Source of the DNA: Candidatus Dojkabacteria bacterium
GTDB lineage: Bacteria; Patescibacteriota; Dojkabacteria; J137
Direction of reading: 5' to 3'
Length of the DNA: 64,000 nucleotides
Assembly: GCA_025999215.1 (NCBI GenBank)
Contig: AP024679.1
Coordinates: forward strand, 433,082 to 497,081
Numbering within the stretch: position 1 is the stretch's first letter; the number at the start of each line of letters is the position of its first letter. The notes below the pieces were generated by a model. It worked only from the letters and a program-made list of their open reading frames with translations, did not search any database and was not told the DNA's origin. This document shows, piece by piece, positions 38,491 through 47,849 of the stretch. The translations under genes and the position numbers were made by a program.

Positions 38491-39660
38491 ATGTACTCGG
38501 CGATAGATTTTAATTTTTTACTAAGAGACTTACTAAATGCAGCTATGCTATCGTTAGTTTTTAGTTTTTTGATAGCTTTTCCGATCATTCACTTGCTGTA
38601 TAAGTTTAATATCACTCGGAGAATGGATTATGATTTTACCACTTTGATTGAAAAAAGGAACCTCAAAGTAGGTGTGCCAATAATGGGCGGACTCATAGTC
38701 GTAATAAGCGTTGTTGTTTTAAATTTATTTTTCAATCCAGCTAGAGATAATTCTGAAAAAGCTTATGAAAGTTTGCTTTTGATTTTAGGGATATTTGTAT
38801 TATCAGCATTGCTAGGTGGTTTTGATGACGTTTTAAATATTTATGGAAAAGAAAGAAAGCAAAGGGCTTTGAGCTTGACTTTAAGGCTCATTAAAGTTCA
38901 TAAAAGTAAATTAACCAGGATAAAATTATTAATTACTCTACCCTGGGAAGTTTACAAAAGGTTTTTTTACATACTTGGATCTAACCCCGGTAGAGGTATT
39001 CATGCCCATGAAAAAATTATAGTGCAATCCATTGTAGGTATTGCCTTGGGATCAGGTATATACTTTTATTCATCTCGTCCAAATCCTGGAGAATTTTGGA
39101 TACCTTTTTTTGATTTTAACTTAGATATTGGCTTCTTGATTATTCCTTTTGCTTGGTTAACTGTTTTGTTAATGACTAATGCTGTTAATTTAGCAGACGG
39201 GATGGATGGTTTGGCAGCTGGAGAGTTATTTCCTTCTTTTTTTGGCTTTTTAGTGCTAGCTATCGCAAAGCAGGATTTTAGAATTGCATTTTTGATTGCT
39301 ACAGTTTTGGGAGCCTTACTTACTTATCTTTATTTCAATGCTCCACCAGCACGTTTTCAAATGGGAGATGTGGGTTCATTATCGCTTGGAACGTTATTGG
39401 CAACCGTTGCGTTTATCTTAGCTGAACCGATGATGCTGTTGATAATTTCATTTCCGTTTGCTTTGACATTACTATCTTCACTGATTCAGGGTGTTGGAAG
39501 AAGGATCATCGGGAGAAGGATTTTTAGGATGGCACCTATACACTATCATTTGCAATTAACTAGAAAATGGAGTGAAGAAAAAGTTGTGTTTAGGTTAATT
39601 TTGTTCTCTATGGCTTGCTCTTTATTTGGATTGTGGGTATATTTTAATCAAGCATTATGA
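38491..39660 (+). CDS. mraY: Phospho-N-acetylmuramoyl-pentapeptide transferase
   Basis: NAVNLADGMDGLAAG, PARFQMGDVGSLSLG and about 10 TM helices. Confidence 0.9.
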   Translation: MYSAIDFNFLLRDLLNAAMLSLVFSFLIAFPIIHLLYKFNITRRMDYDFTTLIEKRNLKVGVPIMGGLIVVISVVVLNLFFNPARDNSEKAYESLLLILGIFVLSALLGGFDDVLNIYGKERKQRALSLTLRLIKVHKSKLTRIKLLITLPWEVYKRFFYILGSNPGRGIHAHEKIIVQSIVGIALGSGIYFYSSRPNPGEFWIPFFDFNLDIGFLIIPFAWLTVLLMTNAVNLADGMDGLAAGELFPSFFGFLVLAIAKQDFRIAFLIATVLGALLTYLYFNAPPARFQMGDVGSLSLGTLLATVAFILAEPMMLLIISFPFALTLLSSLIQGVGRRIIGRRIFRMAPIHYHLQLTRKWSEEKVVFRLILFSMACSLFGLWVYFNQAL

Positions 39661-40874
39661 AAAAAATAAAAATAGAAATTAGTCTACAATCGTTTTTTTT
39701 ACTTTTTCTTGCAATATTTGCTTTGTATATAGCTTACTTGCTTAGAGAAATTTTGTTACTTCTTTTTTTGGCTTTTATTATTAATTCAGGTTTGAGACCG
39801 TTGGTAGATAAACTAGAGCAAAAAAATATACCTAGAGTTTTAAGTATCGCAATAATTTATTTTTTTGCAATCAGCGTAATTATTCTTTTGATTTCAATCA
39901 TTGTTTCTGCATTAATAAATCAAGCTAATGATCTTTTTAGTTCTCTTCCTGTTTTTGTTGAAGATACGCTTGTTGAATTAAGGGAGGATGTGCCTGCAAT
40001 TAGAGAATATTTGGATAATAATGATATAAATTTAATTGTAAATGATTTACAAAATACCATTAAAGAATTAAATGGTTTAGAAGATATAAATACCAATAAT
40101 GTGATATCTATTCTTGCATACTTTGTTGAGTTGTTGGCAAGAGAAGGTTTGTCTGTTTTTCAAACTGTTTCTGGAGTATTGTTTTCAATTTTTATAGTCA
40201 TTGTAACTTCAATTTACATGTTGAGTAAAAAAGAAGATGTTTATGAGGGAATTGTTAAATTGCTTCCGTCGCAAACCTCTAAAAAAGTGACGAGTATTTT
40301 AAAAAAGATTGAAACTGGGCTAGGAGAATGGTTAATAGCAATTATCACTGTAATTTTGATAATAGGTTTTCTTGCTTACTTAATAATATCAATACCGAGC
40401 CTTTTCTTGAGTATTGATGATTATGAAGTAGCTAGGTTTGCTGTAATTATCGGGCTTGTGTCGGGTTTAATGGAGTTGATACCGCAGATAGGTGCTTTAA
40501 TTGCTTTTATATTTGCTGTTGGTTTGACCATTATTACAGGTGGTTCGCTTCCAATTGTTATTTATGTTGCAATTATGTTTTTATTGCTTCAACAAGCTGA
40601 AGGGTTGATAATCAGCCCAATTGTAATGAAAAAAGTTGTTGATATTGATCCAGTTTTGAGCATTTTTACGGTTTTGGCAGGTTTTAAACTCGGAGGAGCA
40701 TTTTTAGCGGCGCTAAGTATTCCTTTAATTGTTACATTTCAGATTATAGTAGCAGAGTTATCCAATGAATGGAAAGAACATCAAAAGAGAAAAATGCATC
40801 AAAGAGAGGAAGCAGAACAAAAAATTACTAATGAACTGAAAAATGTTTGGAAAAATATTTTTTCTTCTCAATAA
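39657..40874 (+). CDS. AI-2E/PerM-family transporter
   Basis: Eight TM helices. The LMELIPQIGALIAFIFAV and LLLQQAEGLIISPIVMKKVVDIDPV blocks are typical of this family. Overlaps the mraY stop by 4 nt. Confidence 0.75.
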   Translation: MKKIKIEISLQSFFLLFLAIFALYIAYLLREILLLLFLAFIINSGLRPLVDKLEQKNIPRVLSIAIIYFFAISVIILLISIIVSALINQANDLFSSLPVFVEDTLVELREDVPAIREYLDNNDINLIVNDLQNTIKELNGLEDINTNNVISILAYFVELLAREGLSVFQTVSGVLFSIFIVIVTSIYMLSKKEDVYEGIVKLLPSQTSKKVTSILKKIETGLGEWLIAIITVILIIGFLAYLIISIPSLFLSIDDYEVARFAVIIGLVSGLMELIPQIGALIAFIFAVGLTIITGGSLPIVIYVAIMFLLLQQAEGLIISPIVMKKVVDIDPVLSIFTVLAGFKLGGAFLAALSIPLIVTFQIIVAELSNEWKEHQKRKMHQREEAEQKITNELKNVWKNIFSSQ

Positions 40875-40888
40875 TTTTTAATAATTTG

Positions 40889-41090
40889 TTTCACAGTCAT
40901 TTTTCTGATTTTACCTTGTGAAAATTAACTAATTAGAATTTATATTTTTGTCTTTTTTATTTTCACACAAACTTTCCCACGTTATGCCTGTGAAATTTTA
41001 TACTTAACTTTGTTAAGTTAATTTTATATTAGCTAGTATGGGTTTTTTTGACTATTTTCACGGGTAAGTTTTATTTATGGGGCAATGAAA
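40889..41090. promoter_or_regulatory. Three inverted-repeat units TTTCAC(A/G)-N21-(T/A)(G/A)TGAAA in a 3'-3' intergenic region
   Basis: TTTCACA 40889-40895 pairs with TGTGAAA 40917-40923. TTTCACA 40961-40967 pairs with TGTGAAA 40989-40995. TTTCACG 41056-41062 pairs with AATGAAA 41084-41090. The spacer is exactly 21 nt each time and is not conserved in sequence. Confidence 0.4.
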
Positions 41091-41104
41091 AATCATTGCC
41101 CCAT
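41077..41104 (-). terminator. Hairpin downstream of nrdJ
   Basis: atggggcaatga (41077-41088), loop aaaa, tcattgccccat (41093-41104) form a 12-bp stem 26 nt after the nrdJ stop, with A/T-rich flanks. Confidence 0.5.
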
Positions 41105-41129
41105 AAACTAATTTCTTTTACTTAAGTCA

Positions 41130-44100
41130 TCAAGAACACCCGGTTGTGCTACCACAATCTTCACAAACTGAACAGCTACCGTTTTTTCTAACATTTACAC
41201 TTCCACAGGTTCCACAAATCTCTCCGGTGTATCCTTTACTTTTTGCTTCCTTTAACAAAGTATCTTCATCAAGAGTTCCATCAAAGCTTATTTGTTGTTC
41301 TAGCTTCATTTGTACAGGATCAGTAACGATTGGTTTAAAACTTTGCATATTGTCTTCATCATTTTCGTTATCAAAATTTAAAACTTCAGTATGTCCCTTT
41401 CCATTGATATGTGGAATTCTGATTCTAAAGTTACTTCCTTCTCTATAAGACTTTTCTACTAGCTCTTCGTTGTGATAGTATTTTGCAGTCTCTTTATCCA
41501 AAAACTTTAATGCTAACCATCTTGCTATATAGTCTATTAGTGATTTAGCAATAGGAATTTCTTTATTGCTGGTCATTCCACTTGGTTCAAATTTAGAGTT
41601 TGTAAACTTTTCAACCAAAACTTCTAGAGGAACTCCGTACTGCAAATTTAGTGAAAGTGATGTTGCAAAAGCATCCATTATACCTGATAAGGTGCTTCCA
41701 GCTTTGGAGATTACCAAGAATATTTCTCCTGGTGTACCATCTTCAAAAAGCCCTACAGTGATATAACCTTCAATTGCGCCTACAGTAAATTTATGAGTGA
41801 TGCTGTGTCTTTCATCAGGTAATCTTTTTCGCTTAACTGTGCTCTGCTCTTTCATTACAATGGTTTGTACAGCTTTAGAATCAACGTCTTCTGATACTAC
41901 TTCTTCATCGTTAAAGTTAAATAATTCTGCATAAGAACTTTTATCAGAGCTCGAATTTAGAGGTTGGCTTAATTTTGAACCATCTCTATACAAAGCATTC
42001 GCTTTGAGCATGAGCCTCCAACCTTCCCAGTATGCTTGCTCAACATCTTCAAGTGTTGCATCTTCTGGTAGATTAACGGTCTTACTGATAGCTCCAGATA
42101 TGAATGGTTGCGCTGCAGCCATTTGTTTCAAATGTCCAAGTGTTGCAATATATCTTTCACCTTTTGTTCCACATTTATTTGCGCAATCAAATACCTTTAG
42201 ATGCTCTGGTTTGATGTGAGGAGCTCCTTCGATTGTCATTGTTCCGCACGCGTACTCGCTTGCAGCTGATATCTCTTCATCGCTAAAACCGATGGCTTTG
42301 AGAATATCAAGATTGCTATTATTTAGTTCTTCATCACTTAAGCCTAAAACATCTTTACAGAATTCTTCACCGAGAATCCATTTGTTGAATGCATGCCTTA
42401 TTTCAAAAGCATTTTTGAGCCCTCCTTCTACAGCCATAATCTCTTTATCTGTAAAACCTTTTGACTTTAGAACTTCATGATTTATAAAAGGAGCGTTTTG
42501 AAGTGTAGCATGACCTATTATATATTTGATTATCTCATCAATTTGCTTTTTGCTGTAACCTAATTTTTGTAATGCAGGTTCTACTGATTGATTTACAATC
42601 TTGAAATATCCTCCACCTACTAATTTTTTAAATTTAACCAAAGCGAAATCTGGTTCAATTCCTGTAGTATCGCAATCCATAACCAATCCAATTGTTCCTG
42701 TAGGTGCAATTACAGAAACTTGAGCATTTCTGTATCCGTACTTTTCACCTAAATCAAGAGCAAAATCCCATGCTTTGCGAGCTTCCTCCAAAAGATATTT
42801 GGGAGCAAATTTTGGGTTAATTCCCATTGGTTTTATGGTTAATCCTTCATACTCATTTTCATTAGCGTTGTATGCTGCTCTACGATGATTTCTAATTACT
42901 CTCATCATGTGTTCTTTGTTCGCTTCAAATCTTTCAAAACTTCCTCGTACTTTTGCTAACTCTGCAGAAGTTGCGTATGATTCTCCGGTGAGTATTGCCG
43001 TAAGTGATCCGGTAATTGCAAAACCTTCTTCACTATCGTAAGGAATACCTTGTCTCATTAAAAGTGATCCAATGTTAGCATATCCGAGTCCGAGAGTTCT
43101 GTATTTGTAAGTTAGCTCCGCTATTTCTTTTCCGGGTAAATGTGACATTAAAACTGAAATTTCAAGGACAATTGTCCAAAGTCTTATTGCATGTTTGTAT
43201 GTTTCAACATCAAATTTTCCAGTTTTGTCATCATAAAATTTTACAAGATTAAGTGATGCAAGATTACAAGCAGTATTATCCAAAAACATATATTCTGAAC
43301 ACGGATTGCTCGCATTTATCTTTCCATCAGCGGGGCAGGTATGCCATTCATTGATTGTTGTGTCAAACTGTACCCCAGGATCTGCAGATTGCCATGCAGC
43401 TCTAATAATTTGTTCCCACAGATCTCTTGCTTTAACGGTTTTGTAAACTCCCCCATCTGTCCTATTTCTTAATTTCCACTCTTTGTCTTGTTGAACCGCT
43501 TCAAGGAATTCATTAGTTATTCTTACTGAATTATTAGAATTTTGACCACTTACAGTTGAGTAAGCTTCAGATCTAAAATCTGTATCGTATTTTTCAAGAG
43601 TAAACTCCTCGCTTGAGACTCCATTTTCAACTAGCATCAAAGCTTGTTTTATGAAGTTTAGTGGAACAAAATTATCGTGTGCTTCTTTAATTAATTTTTT
43701 TAATTCTTTATTAGTTTCGGGATTAATTCCTTTTTGTTCAGCTGATTGCATTATTTTCTTAAGATGAAGATAATTTACATGCGATCCACTTACTAGAGCA
43801 GCTACCTTTTGTTCTTCTACTACTTTCCAATTTATAAACTCTTCTATCTCTGGGTGATCCATGTCAACACAAACCATTTTAGCGGCTCTTCGAGTAGTAC
43901 CGCCACTTTTGATTGCTCCTGCTGCTGAGTCAAAAACCTTCAAAAAGCTCATTAGTCCTGATGAAGTTCCTCCACCACTTAACAATTCACCCTTTCCTCT
44001 AATTGGTGAAAAATTAGTTCCTGTACCAGATCCGTATTTAAATAATCTTGCTTCTTTTAACACAAGATCAAAAATTCCACCTTCATTTACTAAATCATCT

Positions 44101-44744
44101 TCAACTGATTGAATGAAACAAGCGTGAAGTTGAGAACGGGTATAAGCATCTTCTGATAATTTAGTTTCACCAGTTAGTTCATCCACATAGTAGTGACCCT
44201 GTGGAGCGCCTGTGAGACCGTATGCATAATTTAATCCTGTATTAAACCATTGAGGACTGTTGGGCGCACCAATTTGCATAGTTATCATGTATGCGAGTTC
44301 ATCTTGAAAAGCATCTGCATCTTCTTTGCTATTGAAGTATCCATACTCTTCTCCCCAGTGTCTCCAAGCACCGGCTAGCCTTGTAGCTACTTGTTTGATT
44401 GAATTTTCGCCACCCAAAATTACATTACCTTCTTTATCTTTTCTAAGTTCACCTTTAGAGTTTCTTTGAGGAACTCCCTTTTTTCTGCAATATTTTTGAG
44501 CAAGAATGTCTGTAGCCATTTGGCTCCATGAAACAGGAACCTCAACATTTTTCATTTCAAAAACTACTGATCCATCTGGATTCACAATTTTTGAAGATCT
44601 GAATTCAAACTCAATACCATCATACCAATTTTCTTTACCTTTAGTAAAAACTCTTTTAATCTTCAAACCTTTTGATCCGATGTTATCCTTTATTCTTTTT
44701 GAAACATCGGTTGGGCTGATGTTTTTTTGTGGTGAACTGTCCAT
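41130..44744 (-). CDS. nrdJ: Class II (adenosylcobalamin-dependent) ribonucleotide reductase
   Basis: 1204 aa. Contains the WSQMATDILAQKYCRK N-terminal block, SNPCSEYMFLDNTACNLASLNL (active-site Cys loop), and the C-terminal Cys cluster CGTCGS...CSVCEDCGSTTGC. Confidence 0.95.
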   Translation of the reverse strand: MDSSPQKNISPTDVSKRIKDNIGSKGLKIKRVFTKGKENWYDGIEFEFRSSKIVNPDGSVVFEMKNVEVPVSWSQMATDILAQKYCRKKGVPQRNSKGELRKDKEGNVILGGENSIKQVATRLAGAWRHWGEEYGYFNSKEDADAFQDELAYMITMQIGAPNSPQWFNTGLNYAYGLTGAPQGHYYVDELTGETKLSEDAYTRSQLHACFIQSVEDDLVNEGGIFDLVLKEARLFKYGSGTGTNFSPIRGKGELLSGGGTSSGLMSFLKVFDSAAGAIKSGGTTRRAAKMVCVDMDHPEIEEFINWKVVEEQKVAALVSGSHVNYLHLKKIMQSAEQKGINPETNKELKKLIKEAHDNFVPLNFIKQALMLVENGVSSEEFTLEKYDTDFRSEAYSTVSGQNSNNSVRITNEFLEAVQQDKEWKLRNRTDGGVYKTVKARDLWEQIIRAAWQSADPGVQFDTTINEWHTCPADGKINASNPCSEYMFLDNTACNLASLNLVKFYDDKTGKFDVETYKHAIRLWTIVLEISVLMSHLPGKEIAELTYKYRTLGLGYANIGSLLMRQGIPYDSEEGFAITGSLTAILTGESYATSAELAKVRGSFERFEANKEHMMRVIRNHRRAAYNANENEYEGLTIKPMGINPKFAPKYLLEEARKAWDFALDLGEKYGYRNAQVSVIAPTGTIGLVMDCDTTGIEPDFALVKFKKLVGGGYFKIVNQSVEPALQKLGYSKKQIDEIIKYIIGHATLQNAPFINHEVLKSKGFTDKEIMAVEGGLKNAFEIRHAFNKWILGEEFCKDVLGLSDEELNNSNLDILKAIGFSDEEISAASEYACGTMTIEGAPHIKPEHLKVFDCANKCGTKGERYIATLGHLKQMAAAQPFISGAISKTVNLPEDATLEDVEQAYWEGWRLMLKANALYRDGSKLSQPLNSSSDKSSYAELFNFNDEEVVSEDVDSKAVQTIVMKEQSTVKRKRLPDERHSITHKFTVGAIEGYITVGLFEDGTPGEIFLVISKAGSTLSGIMDAFATSLSLNLQYGVPLEVLVEKFTNSKFEPSGMTSNKEIPIAKSLIDYIARWLALKFLDKETAKYYHNEELVEKSYREGSNFRIRIPHINGKGHTEVLNFDNENDEDNMQSFKPIVTDPVQMKLEQQISFDGTLDEDTLLKEAKSKGYTGEICGTCGSVNVRKNGSCSVCEDCGSTTGCS

Positions 44745-44777
44745 TCTAAAAAAAATAAAAAATAAATTAAATTTTAA

Positions 44778-45230
44778 TTATTCAGATAGTCTTTTTAATT
44801 CGTTTTCGACATCCTCCAATGTTTGAAATTCTTTGTAAACTGCTGCAAAAAGTAATGCACCAAGTTTATCAATCTTATTTAAATGTTTAAGTACCAAATT
44901 TCCAATTTCTTGAGAGCTTACAGATGTTTGATTTTTTTTATTCATTAGTGTTATTTCTATTTCATCAATCATTTGTTCAATTTTTTCATCAGGAATTCCT
45001 CTCTTGGCGGTAGCCTTTAGAATTCCGCGCTTTAGTTTTTCTCTGTCAAATTCTTCAATGTTGCCATTACGTTTTAAAACATTAAGTATAACTTTTTCTA
45101 TTCGCTCGTATGTTGTGAACCTTTTGCCACAATTTTCGCATTCTCTTCTTCTTCGTACGACATTTGTGCTTAAATTATCGCGTTTATCTATTACTCTAGT
45201 GTTAGTTTTTTTACAATAAGGACATACCAT
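44778..45230 (-). CDS. nrdR: Transcriptional repressor NrdR
   Basis: MVCPYCKKTNTRVIDKR...CENCGKRFTTYE zinc ribbon plus an ATP-cone. The start is placed at the conserved MxCPxC (45230), 12 codons inside the ORF-track call. Confidence 0.9.
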   Translation of the reverse strand: MVCPYCKKTNTRVIDKRDNLSTNVVRRRRECENCGKRFTTYERIEKVILNVLKRNGNIEEFDREKLKRGILKATAKRGIPDEKIEQMIDEIEITLMNKKNQTSVSSQEIGNLVLKHLNKIDKLGALLFAAVYKEFQTLEDVENELKRLSE

Positions 45231-45278
45231 ACTCAACAAATTGTGTTTATGCCATACTTTACACACAACCTATTGTGG
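45231..45278 (-). promoter_or_regulatory. Two candidate NrdR boxes upstream of nrdR-nrdJ
   Basis: 45231-45246 (actcaacaaattgtgt) and 45263-45278 (acacaacctattgtgg) each match about 13 of 16 positions of the remembered consensus acaCwAtATaTwGtgt. Their centres are 32 bp apart. Confidence 0.5.
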
Positions 45279-45407
45279 TGTCAAGCTATTTTAAAAAATT
45301 TCTGAAGTTATTATTTTATCTCAAAAATCTCATATTTTAATTTACTATAGGATAAGTTTAAACAAATTTTTTATAAAAAATTTTTTACATGTTAATATTA
45401 TCTAACT

Positions 45408-46841
45408 ATGAAAAATTGGATACACATTACTGGGGTTTGTGGTAAAGCAACATCATTAGTTGCCTACATGTTCAAAGATCTTGGTTGGTTTGTAACTGGC
45501 TCAGATATTCAATATTTTCCACCAGCAAGCGATTTTTTGGTTAAGAATAAAATTCCGCATGCAGAGGGTTACACTTTTAAACACTTAACCAAAAATTTTT
45601 GGCTAAAGCTAGGATATATTCCTCCTAAAGATAATCCTGATATTTGCATGGTTATTAGTACAGTATCTAGAAACAATCCAGAGCTAAAGTATGCCATGGC
45701 AAGAAATATAAAAGTTATGCCCATGTCTCAAATTCTTGGAGAGTATTTAGTAAAAAAAGAGTCAATTGTGGTTGTAGGTAGCTCTGGAAAAACAACTACA
45801 ACAGCTATGTGCGCCTTTGCTCTTTCAAAGTTGGGCTACAATCCGAGCTTTATGATTGGTGCTGATGTTTTAGATTTTGAATATTCAATAAGTAACACTG
45901 ACTCAATATGGAGTGTGGTTGAGGGTGATGAGTATCACAACATAGATCCTATAATTGAAGGAAAACCTAAATTTATGGAGTATAAGCCAAAGTATATAAT
46001 TTTAACTAATTTAAACTGGGAACATCAGGATGTTTTTAAAACCTTTGAGAATTATTTGGATGCTTTTGCTGATTTGATTAGACTTTTACCGGAAGATGGT
46101 TTGCTAGTTTATAACCAAGACGATGCTAATATTTCAAAACTTTTAACAACAATAAGCGATGAAATAAGACCTAGAATGATATCTTTTGGGGAAGGTGTGA
46201 AAAGTAATTATTTTTATAAATATTCAATAGATAATTCCAAAACTAAATTTGTTTTGCATAAAAATAAACAAGAAATTTGTAGGGGTGAGACTACATTGTT
46301 GGGTAGCTATAATATTGCGAATATTACCGCCGTTTTTGCTCTGCTTGATTCTTTGGGGCTTAATTTAACTAACTTTTCAGAAATAATTTCAAAGTTTAGA
46401 GGTGTGCGAAAAAGACTTGAAATTTTATTTCAAAGTGAAAATTTAGTTGTGATTGATGATTTTGGAGTTGCGCCATCAAGGGCTAAGAGAACTCTTGAAA
46501 CTATAAAAAAATATTATCCAGATAAAAAAATTGTGGTGGTTTTTGATCCAAACGCTGGTAGCAGAATAAAAGATAAAAGTGTTTTTAAAGAAGTTTATGA
46601 AAATTCGTTTCAACATGCAGATTTTTTGTACATACCGGAATTGTCAAATTTTGATGAAAATTTACTGTCAAGAGATAAAATGATTGAATATTTAAAAGAG
46701 ATGAATTTTAAAGTTTTTGAAACACTTGAATGGCTAGAAGAAATTAAAAGTATAGTAAAAAAAGAACAATGTGTTGTGGTTTTTTTGAGTAGTTATCGTT
46801 TAACTAAAATATCGCACGATTTTGCCAAAAAGTTTTTATAA
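45408..46841 (+). CDS. Mur ligase family enzyme (Mpl/MurC-like)
   Basis: IHITGVCGKATSLVAYMFKDLGWFVTGSDIQYFPPASDFL resembles the Mpl N-terminus. VVGSSGKTTTTAM is the P-loop. The central and C-terminal Mur ligase domains are present. Confidence 0.8.
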   Translation: MKNWIHITGVCGKATSLVAYMFKDLGWFVTGSDIQYFPPASDFLVKNKIPHAEGYTFKHLTKNFWLKLGYIPPKDNPDICMVISTVSRNNPELKYAMARNIKVMPMSQILGEYLVKKESIVVVGSSGKTTTTAMCAFALSKLGYNPSFMIGADVLDFEYSISNTDSIWSVVEGDEYHNIDPIIEGKPKFMEYKPKYIILTNLNWEHQDVFKTFENYLDAFADLIRLLPEDGLLVYNQDDANISKLLTTISDEIRPRMISFGEGVKSNYFYKYSIDNSKTKFVLHKNKQEICRGETTLLGSYNIANITAVFALLDSLGLNLTNFSEIISKFRGVRKRLEILFQSENLVVIDDFGVAPSRAKRTLETIKKYYPDKKIVVVFDPNAGSRIKDKSVFKEVYENSFQHADFLYIPELSNFDENLLSRDKMIEYLKEMNFKVFETLEWLEEIKSIVKKEQCVVVFLSSYRLTKISHDFAKKFL

Positions 46842-46882
46842 TTTGTTTAAACAATTCTGATGTGTTAGAATGATATAGTAAT

Positions 46883-46888
46883 ATAATC
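46883..46888 (+). promoter_or_regulatory. -10 box TATAAT 5 nt upstream of the SPFH gene ATG
   Basis: gtaaTATAATcaagttATG. Confidence 0.4.
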
Positions 46889-46893
46889 AAGTT

Positions 46894-47832
46894 ATGTGGG
46901 AGCTATTTTTAGTACTTTTTTGGGCATTTATATTTGTTTCACCGGTACTTATTTTTTTGTTGTTACTTAGCTTTTTTACTGTTGAACAGCAGACTGTTGC
47001 TATTGTAGAACGTTTTGGAAAATTTTCTAGATTATCTGGGCCTGGACTTCATTTTAAAATCCCGTTGATTGAAAGGATAGCTGGTAGATTGTCTCTTAGA
47101 GTACAACAATTAGATGTGGTTGCTGAGACTAAAACAAAAGACAATGTATTTGTTCATATTACAGTTTCTGTTCAATACTTTGTTATTCCAGAAAAAGTAT
47201 ATGAGGCTTTTTATAAACTAGATGATCCAAAAGAACAGATTAATTCTTACGTTTTTGATGTGATTAGGTCTAGGGTTCCTAGAATTAGTATTGACAAATT
47301 ATTTGAGGAGAAAGAAGAAATAGCACAAGCTATAAAAGTTGAGTTAAATGACACTATGCAGGCTTTTGGTTTTGAGATATTAAATTCATTAGTTACAGAC
47401 ATAAATCCAGATGCGAAAGTGAAAGAAGCAATGAACGAAATAATTGCAGCGGAAAGACTAAAAGTAGCAGCAAAAGAAAAAGCAGAGGCAGCAAAGATTA
47501 TGAAAGTTAAAGAAGCTGAGGCTGACGCTGAATCCAAAGCTTTGCAAGGTAAAGGTATTGCTGATCAAAGGACTGCAATAGTCAACGGTCTCAAAGAATC
47601 TGTGGAAGATTTTCAAAGCGGAATTCCCGGAACATCAGCACAAGATGTTATGAACCTTGTATTGATGACTCAATATTTTGATACCCTACAATCATTAGGG
47701 CAAACTTCAAATACAATTCTAATACCCCATTCACCAGGCGGAATGAGTGATTTGATGGAGCAAATGCGTAATGCTTTGATACAATCAGACATGGTTTCAG
47801 AAGCCAATAAAAAAAAGATCGATGCTGATTAA
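46894..47832 (+). CDS. SPFH/band-7 (stomatin/prohibitin-like) membrane protein
   Basis: N-terminal TM, then VEQQTVAIVERFGKFSRLSGPGLHFKIPLIERI, and an Ala/Glu/Lys-rich coiled coil (AAERLKVAAKEKAEAAKIMKVKEAEADAESKA). Confidence 0.85.
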   Translation: MWELFLVLFWAFIFVSPVLIFLLLLSFFTVEQQTVAIVERFGKFSRLSGPGLHFKIPLIERIAGRLSLRVQQLDVVAETKTKDNVFVHITVSVQYFVIPEKVYEAFYKLDDPKEQINSYVFDVIRSRVPRISIDKLFEEKEEIAQAIKVELNDTMQAFGFEILNSLVTDINPDAKVKEAMNEIIAAERLKVAAKEKAEAAKIMKVKEAEADAESKALQGKGIADQRTAIVNGLKESVEDFQSGIPGTSAQDVMNLVLMTQYFDTLQSLGQTSNTILIPHSPGGMSDLMEQMRNALIQSDMVSEANKKKIDAD

Positions 47833-47849
47833 TTTTTTAAATTAACAAA

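Noticed and set aside
40889-41090. The TTTCACA arms resemble relaxed DnaA boxes (TTWTNCACA, 7-8 of 9 matches), raising the idea of an oriC.
   Set aside because: The flanking genes converge on this spacer rather than diverge. No dnaA, dnaN or AT-rich unwinding element is evident. The strict N21 pairing of arms is not a DnaA-box arrangement. It is kept only as an unexplained repeat.
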